Origin: an uncultured cyanobacterium
Lineage (GTDB): Bacteria > Cyanobacteriota > Cyanobacteriia > Cyanobacteriales > Nostocaceae
Direction: 5' to 3'
Assembly: GCA_963740315.1 (NCBI GenBank)
Contig: CAVUDP010000001.1
Span: forward strand, 128,001 to 192,000
Length of the DNA: 64,000 bases
Positions 54,295 to 63,776 of the stretch are shown piece by piece. Position numbers and translations under genes: made by a program. Each line of letters opens with the position of its first letter. Position 1 is the first letter of the stretch. Under the pieces are notes generated by a model. The model saw only the letters and a list, made by a program, of their open reading frames with translations, did no database searches and was not told where the DNA came from.

Positions 54295-55632
54295 GTGAAT
54301 TCCTTAAACGCAATTACCAGGTACATCAAGAAAAAAGTATCTAGTCAGTTCATTCGTAATCTTGGCTGGCTAGGTATGGCTGAGATATTTTACAGAATCC
54401 TACGTTTAGGACTAGTAGTGATTATAGCCCGGTATTTAACTCGCTATGATTACGGTTTGGGAGCGATTATTCTCGCCGTGCGGGAGTTTGCGATTACTTT
54501 TGCTGATGTCGGTATCGGCGCAAAGATTATTCAAGCTGATGAGAAACAACTCCCGCAGTTATGTAATTCTGCTTTTTGGTTAAACTGGCTGATTTTCGCC
54601 ACTTTATTCATGATTCAGGCTATTATTGCATTCCCAATTGCTTGGTTTTATCAAAGTAAAGATATTATTTTTCCAATTATTGTTACCGGAATAGCTTATT
54701 TAATTTGGCCTATTCACGGTATTCAAAAAACATTAATTCAAAGAGAAAATCGGTTTAAAGTTATCGCATTCACGGACACAGTTCAATACTGTATTTCCGG
54801 TATATTAACCGCAATTTTTGCCGTTATGGGTATGGGAGTATGGGCGTTTGCTCTACCTATAGTCATAGTCGCACCTTTAGAAACAATAATATATTACAAA
54901 TATCATTCCTGGCGACCAAAAGAAGGATTCACAACCTTATATTGGGACGAGATATTAAGTTTTGGCAAAAATATTCTCGGTGTGGGATTATTAAAAACTT
55001 TAAGAAACAATTTAGATTATTTAATAGTTGGACGTTTTGTCGGAATTGAAGAGTTAGGAATCTACTTTTTTGGTTTCAATGCTGGTTTAGGAATCAGTTT
55101 AAGTATTATCAACGCAATTAGTTCGGTGATGCTGCCTCATTTATGTGCGGCGCGTACAGAATGGATGGAATTCCGGCATCGCTATTTTCACAGTCTTAGA
55201 ACTATTGCTATTATCATAGTCCCTTTTGTTTTATTTCAAGCTAGTTTAGCTCCTTTCTACGTTCCTATTGTTTTTGGCGAACAGTGGATACCCGCCATCC
55301 CAATATTAATTTTAATTTGTTTATCAGCAATTCCCAGACCTTTTGCAGATGCTGCATCTCAATTATTAGTAGCTATTGGAAAACCTCATTTAGATTTACG
55401 TTGGAACGTCATATTTACTAGCTTATTTGCCCTCTTCTTATTTCTCGGAGTTAACAGTCAAGTTATTGTTAGTACTTTGTTTGGTGCCGATACTGTTAAC
55501 AGTTTGACATTAATATTAGGAGAAAATTGGAAAGTTCTTGGAATAGCTTTAGCTGTTTTATTAGTTCATCTGTTTTTCTTACCGTTTTTTACGATATGGG
55601 CGACACGTTATGTGTTTCCGAAGAAAGTTTAG
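54295..55632 (+). CDS. wzx: polysaccharide flippase (Wzx-like)
   Basis: multi-TM; DYGL, DVGIGAKIIQ, NLDYLIVGRF, LGIYFFGFN. Confidence 0.85.
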   Translation: MNSLNAITRYIKKKVSSQFIRNLGWLGMAEIFYRILRLGLVVIIARYLTRYDYGLGAIILAVREFAITFADVGIGAKIIQADEKQLPQLCNSAFWLNWLIFATLFMIQAIIAFPIAWFYQSKDIIFPIIVTGIAYLIWPIHGIQKTLIQRENRFKVIAFTDTVQYCISGILTAIFAVMGMGVWAFALPIVIVAPLETIIYYKYHSWRPKEGFTTLYWDEILSFGKNILGVGLLKTLRNNLDYLIVGRFVGIEELGIYFFGFNAGLGISLSIINAISSVMLPHLCAARTEWMEFRHRYFHSLRTIAIIIVPFVLFQASLAPFYVPIVFGEQWIPAIPILILICLSAIPRPFADAASQLLVAIGKPHLDLRWNVIFTSLFALFLFLGVNSQVIVSTLFGADTVNSLTLILGENWKVLGIALAVLLVHLFFLPFFTIWATRYVFPKKV

Positions 55633-55708
55633 AAGTTGTAAGGATTGGGCATGGGGCATTGAGAAGTTTATAAGACGTTAAATGGTAAGAAAAAACTTAA
55701 TCCGTCTA

Positions 55709-55966
55709 GGACTGCAAGTCCCAGTCTAATAGCAGAAGTCCATTAAAATGGACTGAATATAAACTTAGTTTGTAGGTTGGGTTAAAGAAAATCAAATTTC
55801 GTTTGTAACGCCTGCTTTATAATTATCCTGTCGTAACTCAACATTACTCTTTTGTGATAAGTTGAGAAATTTAAGAATACCCCCTGCCATAATTTGTTGG
55901 GTTACAGCGCTAACATAATTTCTTGTTGAGCATCATTATTCTTCGTGCGCCGTGAAGCTAACCTAC
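55709..55966. repeat. REP-like repeats (ggactgcaagtcc unit and GTAG-ended inverted pair)
   Basis: ggactgcaagtcccagtctaatagcagaagtccattaaaatggact matches 16879-16926; gtaggttggg...gctaacctac bound an inverted doublet. Confidence 0.6.
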
Positions 55967-55989
55967 AAACTACAAACTAAACTCAACAT

Positions 55990-56199
55990 TCATGGTTTAT
56001 TTTTCAAAATATTAAAAATCGCCTCTCGACTTACTGTTTCTGTATCTTCACCTTCTTTAATGGCTCTTTCCAAAGCTATATCTTCAATAACTTCTGCAAA
56101 CAGATCGGAAAATACTTCTTGATTTTCTCGAATTACTTCAACCAATGCGGTTTTAAATATTTGCTTAATTTCATCTGAATCAAGGTTCAATTCTGTCAT
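55990..56199 (-). CDS. small antitoxin-like protein
   Basis: 69 aa acidic helical protein ending EDIALERAIKEGEDTETVSREAIF; stop overlaps a downstream ATG (ATGA). Confidence 0.6.
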   Translation of the reverse strand: MTELNLDSDEIKQIFKTALVEVIRENQEVFSDLFAEVIEDIALERAIKEGEDTETVSREAIFNILKNKP

Positions 56200-56224
56200 G
56201 TTATTTTTTAAATAAACTGTAAAG

Positions 56225-56350
56225 AGTTAGGAGTTGAGAGTTATGAGTTAGGAGTTAGTAGTTTAAATTTCTCCTTGTCCCCTTGTCCCCCCATCTCCCC
56301 ATCTCCCCATCTTCCCCCTCTTCCCTCTCTACCCCCTCTACCCCCTCTCC
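56225..56350. repeat. STRR-type tandem repeats
   Basis: gagttag units followed by cccttgtc, ccccatct and ccccctcta units. Confidence 0.75.
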
Positions 56351-57289
56351 CTAATCCATACTACTAACAACTTCCATAAACTTTCCTGAAATAAAAGGTA
56401 AAATTTCTCGACTTTTTGCGTTGGCTTTCCCTTCTGTAAATACAATTAATAAATAAGGACGCTTATCCGGTATTTCGATATAAGCTGCGTCGTGAAGTAC
56501 CGAAGAAGTCCAACCTGCTTTTGACCAAATCTTCGCTTCTACAGGAAGACTTCCACCCAAAAATCCCGTTATTTGGTTTTCTTCTACATCAAGTGGTAAC
56601 TCTTCAGGATTTAAACTGCGCTTCATTATATTCATCATTTCTTGGGAACGTGTGGCGCTGACTGCAACCCCACCAACGATCGCGTGCAATAATCTGGCGA
56701 TCGCATTGGTATTTAACATATTACGATTTTCTAATAATTGTCCGTAAAATGCCCGTTCTCTTCCGTAGGGACCATCACCCCAAGTTTTCTGACATACGTT
56801 TACCGTGTCTAATTCTTCCCATCCCAAAGACTGCAAGTAGCGATTGACAATATTACGCTGCTGCTTCCAAGTTTCAAATGGTCCTAGTGGTAACTCTGGT
56901 CCGGAAGTTGTGCCGGTTAATATATCTACAATCAAGCTGGTGGCATCGTTACTCGAATCCACTATCATATCGCGCATGGCTCGCTCTAACTCAGCGGAAG
57001 TCTGTATCATTCCTTTTTGCAGCCATTCGTGTACTGCCAGCAAATAAAATAACTTGACTACAGAAGCCGGATAAATTCTTTCTCCACCGCGATAATTAAA
57101 ACCACGTACTGGATGATTCCAAAAAGCATTGGGAGTTAAAGCTCCACCAGTATTTACAGGTACCGGAGGATCGTAAATAATCCAAGTTAAGGCGATTTGG
57201 TTACGAGCTAACGTAGAAAATTTAGTCCAGGTGGCTTCTAAAATACTATTACCAAGTTGTTCGAGTTGTTCGTCGTGGTTAAAAAACAT
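56351..57289 (-). CDS. serine hydrolase, class A beta-lactamase-like fold
   Basis: PASVVK SxxK, SSNDA SxN-like, SKAG KTG-like, HDAAYI. Confidence 0.85.
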   Translation of the reverse strand: MFFNHDEQLEQLGNSILEATWTKFSTLARNQIALTWIIYDPPVPVNTGGALTPNAFWNHPVRGFNYRGGERIYPASVVKLFYLLAVHEWLQKGMIQTSAELERAMRDMIVDSSNDATSLIVDILTGTTSGPELPLGPFETWKQQRNIVNRYLQSLGWEELDTVNVCQKTWGDGPYGRERAFYGQLLENRNMLNTNAIARLLHAIVGGVAVSATRSQEMMNIMKRSLNPEELPLDVEENQITGFLGGSLPVEAKIWSKAGWTSSVLHDAAYIEIPDKRPYLLIVFTEGKANAKSREILPFISGKFMEVVSSMD

Positions 57290-57341
57290 AGTCGTTGTCC
57301 GATTTTGAATTAAAATTCGTTGTTAATACTTACAGATTTTT

Positions 57342-58052
57342 ATGTTTCAAGCTCAATTGCAAGCAAACGTTGAATACGTAGCTAATGCCGATTTAAATAT
57401 CTACGATTCTCCCGAATGTCAGGATTTATCAACTCAAGCCGAGAAAGGTAGATATTTACGGGTAATCCCAGAATCAGCAAATCAAACTGCGGTACGGGTA
57501 TGCTTGTGTGAAGATGATTATCCCGGTTGGTTGGCGATCGCCAATGTAAATCATTTATCCCCAGCGGTTGAACCATTACACGTTGGATCGTTTTCAGAAG
57601 CACAAATAAAGCAACTGATTCCGGAAGTCATCGCTTTTACTCACAAAGCCATGCAACAACCAAATTACTACCTTTGGGGTGGTACCGTAGGACCAAATTT
57701 TGATTGCTCCGGGCTGATGCAAAAAGCGTTTGCTTCGGTAGGGATTCGCTTACCCAGAGATGCATACCAGCAAGAAGCTTTTCTCAAACAGGTTTGTACT
57801 GTAGAGAATTTTGATGCAAACTCTTTACAAAAAGGCGATTTAATCTTTTTTGGCACCCCTCAAAAAGCAACTCATGTAGGTCTTTATTTGGGAGATAATT
57901 GCTATATCCATAGTTCTGGCAAAGATAAAGGACGAAATGGTATTGGAATCGATCGTCTTTCGGAACAGGGAGACGAGGTTAGTCGGTCATATTATAAACA
58001 GTTACGTGGCGCAGGAAGGGTGGTAAGCAGTTACATCCCGCCATTCGGCTAA
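57342..58052 (+). CDS. NlpC/P60 (C40) peptidase with SH3-like N-terminus
   Basis: YLWGG, FDCSGL, LPRDAYQQ, GDLIFF, HVGLYLG. Confidence 0.92.
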   Translation: MFQAQLQANVEYVANADLNIYDSPECQDLSTQAEKGRYLRVIPESANQTAVRVCLCEDDYPGWLAIANVNHLSPAVEPLHVGSFSEAQIKQLIPEVIAFTHKAMQQPNYYLWGGTVGPNFDCSGLMQKAFASVGIRLPRDAYQQEAFLKQVCTVENFDANSLQKGDLIFFGTPQKATHVGLYLGDNCYIHSSGKDKGRNGIGIDRLSEQGDEVSRSYYKQLRGAGRVVSSYIPPFG

Positions 58053-58067
58053 AAGGCTAAGGATAAA

Positions 58068-59081
58068 ATGATGATGAGAAATGGGTTTGTTTCTGAAAGA
58101 TTGACGGTTGAAGAAGATACAATGTCTTCCCTTCCGGATGTTTCGGTGGTGGTACCAGTGCATAACGAAGTGGAAAGTTTGCCCCATTTATTGGAAGCAA
58201 TTTCATCTACTTTGATTGATAGTAATTTGAGTTACGAAATTATCTGCGTTGATGACGGTTCTAACGATGGTTCCGTACAATTGCTTAAAGAAAAAGCACA
58301 AACGCGCACCGACCTAAAAAGCATAATTTTGCGGCGCAATTACGGTCAAACTGCGGCGATGGCAGCTGGTTTCTATCATGCACGGGGCAAGGCTATTGTA
58401 ACTTTAGATGCCGACTTACAAAACGACCCTGTTGATATCCCCATGCTTTTAGCAAAGCTGGAGGAAGGCTACGACTTAGTAAGTGGCTGGCGCAAGAATC
58501 GCCAAGATGCAGCCTTAAGCCGTTTATTACCTTCAAAAATTGCTAACTGGTTAATTCGTCGCGTTACCAGCGTTAACATTCATGATTATGGTTGTTCTCT
58601 TAAAGCCTATCGCACCGAGCTTGTAGCAGATATGAATTTATACGGAGAACTGCACCGCTTCTTACCTGCCCTAGCCTATATCGAAGGTGCAAGAATTACC
58701 GAAGTACCAGTTCGTCACCACGCACGCCGTTTTGGTAGCAGTAAATACGGTTTAGGTCGTACTTTCCGAGTAGTGATGGACTTGTTCACCATTGCTTTTA
58801 TGAAAAAATTCCTCAGTCGTCCGATGCACGTTTTTGGACTTTGGGGTTTAATTTTTATGGTTTTAGGTGGAGCAATGAGTACTTATCTCACCTGGGCTAA
58901 ATTAGTATTAGGTCAAGAAATTGGCGATCGCCCTTTATTAATCTTAGCCGTGTTGCTCTTAGTAACTGGGGTACAGCTATTTTGCTTCGGGTTGTTGGCT
59001 GAGTTATTAATGCGTACTTACCACGAATCCCAAGGTAGACCAATTTACCGAATTCGAGAAGTTGTTGAGAATAGGGAATAG
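58068..59081 (+). CDS. GT2 polyprenol-phosphate glycosyltransferase (ArnC/DPM1-like)
   Basis: VDDGSND, RNYGQTAA, LDADLQND, HDYGCSLKAY, two C-terminal TM helices. Confidence 0.9.
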   Translation: MMMRNGFVSERLTVEEDTMSSLPDVSVVVPVHNEVESLPHLLEAISSTLIDSNLSYEIICVDDGSNDGSVQLLKEKAQTRTDLKSIILRRNYGQTAAMAAGFYHARGKAIVTLDADLQNDPVDIPMLLAKLEEGYDLVSGWRKNRQDAALSRLLPSKIANWLIRRVTSVNIHDYGCSLKAYRTELVADMNLYGELHRFLPALAYIEGARITEVPVRHHARRFGSSKYGLGRTFRVVMDLFTIAFMKKFLSRPMHVFGLWGLIFMVLGGAMSTYLTWAKLVLGQEIGDRPLLILAVLLLVTGVQLFCFGLLAELLMRTYHESQGRPIYRIREVVENRE

Positions 59082-59182
59082 GGAATATTAAAGAATCATC
59101 ATAATTTAAATATTTAAATAATTAGACGCGGTAAATAATAAATACTGCGTCTTTTTTCCTCAGATATTCCCTTTCAAAAATC

Positions 59183-60061
59183 CTACTCCTGCCGAAATCT
59201 GGAAAGCAATTCCTCGCGAGATAATTGTATTAGTAACGGAGAAAATTCCTCTGGAGTTAATCCTAATAATGGCTGAATAATCGCTGTTAGTTCATCATCC
59301 AAAGTGCCAAATCTTGCTTGCAATAAATTTTCTATAACAGTACGTTGTCCCTCTTGTCTAGCATCTGCTAATCTTTGTAGATAAATTGGTGATAAGCCCA
59401 TAAGTGCCTCCCTATCTTCTTCGTCTGGATTTTGTTTAACTTCTATCTGAGTCTTTAAACTCAATAATAAATCAATTGCTTTATCACGTAAGGGATTATT
59501 TTGGGGAAGGTTTTCTAATTCTTCTACCGCTATGCGCTGCACTCTTCCTTTACCTAAAAGTCTTAGCCATAAGGTTTCGTCCGTTCGAGGTAATTGATGG
59601 ATGGCGATAATTACGGTTTTGAGATAATCCCCCAGAAAATATACTCCTGCGCCCCAATTTTCTTCGTCGAGACTGGCTTTAAATCCATCTAATATAGTTG
59701 TAGATACCGTAGGCGACAAAATCCATAATTTAGGTAAATCGTCCTCTTTTATAAGAGTATTATCGCGTTTATTTTGGCGTTCTGCGTCAGCAATAATATA
59801 GAACAATTTGTTCATACAGCTACGGATTTCCGAAATTTTAACCGCACCTCTAAATGGTTCTATAAGTGCGGGTTTATCGGCTATTTTCCCTAATAATCCC
59901 AATTGTATGGCATCTGTGCTGGGTTGAGATGACGGTGCAAAGTAAACGTCAATTTCTCTAATTTCTGCGGGTACTTTTTTGCTAGTTTCTATTTTTCCGA
60001 GTGGCTGTAATAATTCTTCCAGATAGTCTTTAGCAAATTGATCGTATAGAAACCTAGTCAT
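59183..60061 (-). CDS. cyanobacterial Rpn-like / PD-(D/E)XK-like hypothetical protein
   Basis: DQFAKDYL, EIDVYF, LWILSPT, LPRTDETLWLRLLG, LLQARFG C-terminal motif. Confidence 0.65.
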   Translation of the reverse strand: MTRFLYDQFAKDYLEELLQPLGKIETSKKVPAEIREIDVYFAPSSQPSTDAIQLGLLGKIADKPALIEPFRGAVKISEIRSCMNKLFYIIADAERQNKRDNTLIKEDDLPKLWILSPTVSTTILDGFKASLDEENWGAGVYFLGDYLKTVIIAIHQLPRTDETLWLRLLGKGRVQRIAVEELENLPQNNPLRDKAIDLLLSLKTQIEVKQNPDEEDREALMGLSPIYLQRLADARQEGQRTVIENLLQARFGTLDDELTAIIQPLLGLTPEEFSPLLIQLSREELLSRFRQE

Positions 60062-60274
60062 TAGATAATCATTGTTAACTTCCGTCCAATTTTATATTCT
60101 TGAGAGAAATTCACATAACCCTTGTTGTGTAAGCTCACATCTCTTATAATCAATCTCTTCCGACCATATTATGTGAAGTAATGTAACATAGATTTTGTAG
60201 TCTACTATTCCGGCGTTGTCATAAACCGTAAATAAAAAACTACAAATCGCATACCTCACATAACTGCATCTGCC

Positions 60275-61510
60275 GTGAAAATTTTCTTCTCACTTGATAG
60301 TCAAGTACGGCGAAACCTGCTGGTTTTATTCGCAGCAGGTTTATTATTTTGGGCTAGTCTGGCTTCGTTATTACCAACTTTACCGCTTTATATCGAAGAT
60401 ATTGGAGCGACAAAACAGCAAATAGGCTTTGTAATGGGTAGCTTTGCCATCGGATTATTATTATTTCGCCCATTGTTAGGTCAATTAGCAGATAAACGCG
60501 GTCGAAAAATCGTGTTGATAATCGGTATTTTATCAGCTGCGATCGCGCCAATTGGCTACAATTTTGTTCAATCTATACCGCTGTTAATGGTAATTCGCGC
60601 TTTTCACGGTATCAGTATCGCGGCTTTTTCTACTGCATTTTTAGCATTAGTTGCAGATATCGCACCCGTACAAAATCGGGGGGAATTAATTGGCTATATG
60701 AGTCTAGTTAACCCGGTTGGTTTGGCAATTGGACCGGCATTGGGCGGTTATTTAATGGAAGCTTATGGTTACACTTCATTATTTATATTATCTACTGTTT
60801 TGGCTTGTTTGGGATTATTGTGTACCATACCAATTATTAATCCAATGGTTCAGGCAGAGGAGCAAATTGTAAATAACGATAGTCCATTTTGGCAGAAGTT
60901 GATTAGTCCTAGAGTTAGAATTCCGGCTATTCTCTTATTAATTATTGGTTTGACGCTCGGAAGTTTACATACTTTCGTACCGTTATTTATCAAATCAACC
61001 GAAGTAGATTTAAACCCTGGATTATTTTACACGGCAGTAGCGATCGCCAGTTTTTGTTCTCGGTTATTTTGCGGAAGAGCTAGCGATAAATTAGGTCGCG
61101 GTTTATTTATCACTTCAAGTTTAATTTGCTACAGTGTGGCAATGGTATTGTTATGGACGGCTAATGATTCGATTGATTTCTTATTCGCAGCAACACTACA
61201 AGGAATTGGTAGTGGTACGATAATTCCGACGATCGCGGCGATGATAACAGATAGAAGTTATCCCCACGAAAGAGGGCGGACGTTTAGTTTGTGTATGGTA
61301 GGTTTTGACGTTGGTGTAGCGCTTGCCGGACCAATTTTTGGTATCGTTGCCACTGGAATTGGCTATCGCAACATATTCGGATTTAACTTTGCGATCGCCT
61401 TAGTAGCGGTAATTATCTTTATGACTTTATCGAGCAAAAACCTACCCGCTTCCTTACGCTTCGCCTTTGGACGCGGTGTCGATATTTACTCGCTAAATGT
61501 TAAGAGTTAG
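60275..61510 (+). CDS. MFS transporter
   Basis: about 12 TM helices, GQLADKRGRK and GRASDKLGRG motif A copies. Confidence 0.92.
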   Translation: MKIFFSLDSQVRRNLLVLFAAGLLFWASLASLLPTLPLYIEDIGATKQQIGFVMGSFAIGLLLFRPLLGQLADKRGRKIVLIIGILSAAIAPIGYNFVQSIPLLMVIRAFHGISIAAFSTAFLALVADIAPVQNRGELIGYMSLVNPVGLAIGPALGGYLMEAYGYTSLFILSTVLACLGLLCTIPIINPMVQAEEQIVNNDSPFWQKLISPRVRIPAILLLIIGLTLGSLHTFVPLFIKSTEVDLNPGLFYTAVAIASFCSRLFCGRASDKLGRGLFITSSLICYSVAMVLLWTANDSIDFLFAATLQGIGSGTIIPTIAAMITDRSYPHERGRTFSLCMVGFDVGVALAGPIFGIVATGIGYRNIFGFNFAIALVAVIIFMTLSSKNLPASLRFAFGRGVDIYSLNVKS

Positions 61511-61519
61511 GAGTTATTA

Positions 61520-61712
61520 AGGTTAAAGGTCTGCATGTCAAAGGTCTGCATGTCAAAGGTTAAAATTATTTTTGTCCCCTTGTCCCCTTGTCTCCCCATC
61601 CCCCCATCTCCCCCTCTCCCCCTTCGGGTTGCGCCACTTCTCTCAACGGAGGGAGACGACCCACGAGAGTGGCTTACCATCTCCCCCTCTCCCCCCTCTC
61701 CCCATTCCCCAA
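61520..61712. repeat. STRR tract with embedded SDR-like element
   Basis: aaaggtctgcatgtc twice, ccccttgt and ccccctct units, interrupted at about 61620-61675 by cccttcggg plus gccacttctctcaacggaggg...gagagtggc. Confidence 0.7.
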
Positions 61713-61713
61713 T

Positions 61714-62823
61714 CTATCTTTTTAATAAAGTAAACCAAAATCGGGAACCTCCACTTTCACGAGGGGTAAAACCGATTTCTCCTCCCCAACGTTCAACTGT
61801 AATTTTACAGAAATACAGTCCGAGTCCGGATTTACCCGATTTTTTTTTCCCTTGAGTAAACTTTTGAAATAAACTATCGGCAATTTCTTCTGGTACGCCA
61901 CTGCCTTCATCTTCTACGCTGACAAGAATATATTCTTGTTGCTGCTGTAAGTTTACAGTAACGGTAGAATCTTGCGGACTGTGACGAAAAGCATTTTCGA
62001 TCAAGTTTGCTAAAATCCAATCCAAACGCGATTTATCACCAACTATTCGCCAATCTGCGGCTATATCTATATCATCTGCAAGTTGTAAGCGCATTTGATT
62101 CAATGCAAAAGTCGGCGTTAACAACTCAACAACATCACGCGCTGACACTAAAGCATCTGGTGCTGTTTCATCACCATCTGCAAAGCTTTCTAAGGATTCA
62201 ACTTCTTTAGAAAATGCGTTCAAAATTTGTCGAATCAGCATTTCTTGTTTGATAGTTTGCTTTCTACCGATTTCTAAACGTTCTTTACCTTTTTTTGTTA
62301 GATTTTCTAATTCTAATAGAGCTAAACAACAGTTGATACCGCTTAATTGTCCGGCAACATCATGAATTATGCAGTGAATTAAAACTTCTTTTTTCTGATT
62401 TTCTTTAATAATATGTTGATAATTGAGCTTATTCTCTCTCGCTTGTTGAATTAGGCTTTGTCTCTCTGTATAAGCATCGCTCATCATTTCAATCAGCAAG
62501 ATTTTTTTCTGCGAAACAAAAATAGCGGAAGCTTCAAAATGAAATTCCTTACCAGATATATCTAAATCGCTCCATATTCCCGATTTTAAGGGTTTTTGCT
62601 CGCTATTTTGCCAATATTCTTCCGCATCAATCAAAAAGTTTTCTACAAAAGGAAAATCTTCTTCAGGAATTAAAATTTCTGTCTCTGACTTTAAGTTTTT
62701 GCGACAAAATCGCCTTACCCATTTGGGAATATCTCCGATAATTTTAAATCTATCGACATCAACCCGTTCTAAAACTAAAATATTTAAAGCAGCAAAAATT
62801 TCTGCCGTTACAGCTTCACTCAT
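61714..62823 (-). CDS. cytoplasmic sensor histidine kinase
   Basis: IHDVAGQL H-box, NLIENAFRHS, DEGSGV, SGLGLYF. Confidence 0.9.
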   Translation of the reverse strand: MSEAVTAEIFAALNILVLERVDVDRFKIIGDIPKWVRRFCRKNLKSETEILIPEEDFPFVENFLIDAEEYWQNSEQKPLKSGIWSDLDISGKEFHFEASAIFVSQKKILLIEMMSDAYTERQSLIQQARENKLNYQHIIKENQKKEVLIHCIIHDVAGQLSGINCCLALLELENLTKKGKERLEIGRKQTIKQEMLIRQILNAFSKEVESLESFADGDETAPDALVSARDVVELLTPTFALNQMRLQLADDIDIAADWRIVGDKSRLDWILANLIENAFRHSPQDSTVTVNLQQQQEYILVSVEDEGSGVPEEIADSLFQKFTQGKKKSGKSGLGLYFCKITVERWGGEIGFTPRESGGSRFWFTLLKR

Positions 62824-62880
62824 AATTAGACAGTCGTAAAATCATTTTTAAAAATATTTATTCCCCATATAATATTACTA

Positions 62881-63258
62881 TTATTTGCGTTCCATTAAAC
62901 GGGAAGAGTTTACTTGCTGTTGAACTTTAAATATCTGTATTTCATCCCAAGTTGCATCTAATAATAATACCCAATCTCCATCTTTTTCCGGAACTAAATG
63001 CACATCCGCACAAATTCCATTATTAGTTTTGACGCAGGGTAGAAACAAGGGAAAACCATCAAGTGGTAAAAGTCCTTCCAGGAAGAAAATTTGTTGACTG
63101 GCATCTTCCCCTCGTTTTAAATTGCTTACTCCATATTCAGTTAAATCACCACCCCAACTAATTAAACACCCATCTTTACCTACAAAAAGATATGCCAGAG
63201 AACGGCTTTCTTGCATAAAATTAATCAGATAAGTACTGACAGGGAAGGGGATATCCAT
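62881..63258 (-). CDS. hypothetical small protein (possible PAS-like sensor/adaptor)
   Basis: ATG at 63258 just after the GTPase stop; WGG..YG, FLEGLLP, ADVHL, WVLLLDAT. Confidence 0.7.
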   Translation of the reverse strand: MDIPFPVSTYLINFMQESRSLAYLFVGKDGCLISWGGDLTEYGVSNLKRGEDASQQIFFLEGLLPLDGFPLFLPCVKTNNGICADVHLVPEKDGDWVLLLDATWDEIQIFKVQQQVNSSRLMERK

Positions 63259-63262
63259 GTAT

Positions 63263-63760
63263 TCATCCCTCCAGTATTTTTGTAGCAAGTGTATTAAAAA
63301 TTTCTTCTACATTCAATCCAGTTTTTGCACTCGTTTTGATCGCAGTCCATCCTTTTTGTTCAATAGCTTCGATATTTGCAGAATCTAACTCCCATTCATC
63401 TTGTAAATCCCATTTATTCAAAACCAAAATAAAAGGTAATTTACCCAAATTCTCTTCAACTCGTTGTTGTAAATCAACGGCTGTTTGTAAAGTGCTTTTT
63501 CGCGTTCCATCCACTACCAATAAATAACCTGATGAACCCCTCAAATAAGAAGTTCTTAATTTCTGAAATTCATCTTCTCCATACAAATCCCATAGAATTA
63601 GATTCAATTCTTGTTCTTTTACTGTTAGTGTTTTTTTATCAATTTTCACCCCTACAGTTGTTTGATATTTTTCCGAAAATATGCTGTAAACAAATTTAGC
63701 TACCAAGCTTGTTTTACCAGTAGCAAATGCACCCACCATACAGATTTTTTTCTGGAGCAT
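63263..63760 (-). CDS. Rab-like small GTPase (prokaryotic Ras superfamily)
   Basis: G1 GAFATGKTS, G2 TTVG, G3 WDLYG, G4 NKWD, G5 TSAKTG. Confidence 0.92.
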   Translation of the reverse strand: MLQKKICMVGAFATGKTSLVAKFVYSIFSEKYQTTVGVKIDKKTLTVKEQELNLILWDLYGEDEFQKLRTSYLRGSSGYLLVVDGTRKSTLQTAVDLQQRVEENLGKLPFILVLNKWDLQDEWELDSANIEAIEQKGWTAIKTSAKTGLNVEEIFNTLATKILEG

Positions 63761-63776
63761 TAAGTTTTATACTTCT

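Noticed and set aside
41577..55632. Integrative island at tRNA-Ser
   Set aside because: No integrase and no duplicated tRNA 3' end seen downstream
59183..60061. Active transposase or defence nuclease
   Set aside because: No terminal repeats or clear catalytic signature; common multi-copy cyanobacterial hypothetical family
61535..61855. 106-aa Pro-rich ORF
   Set aside because: Translation of STRR/SDR repeats, antisense to the kinase 3' end
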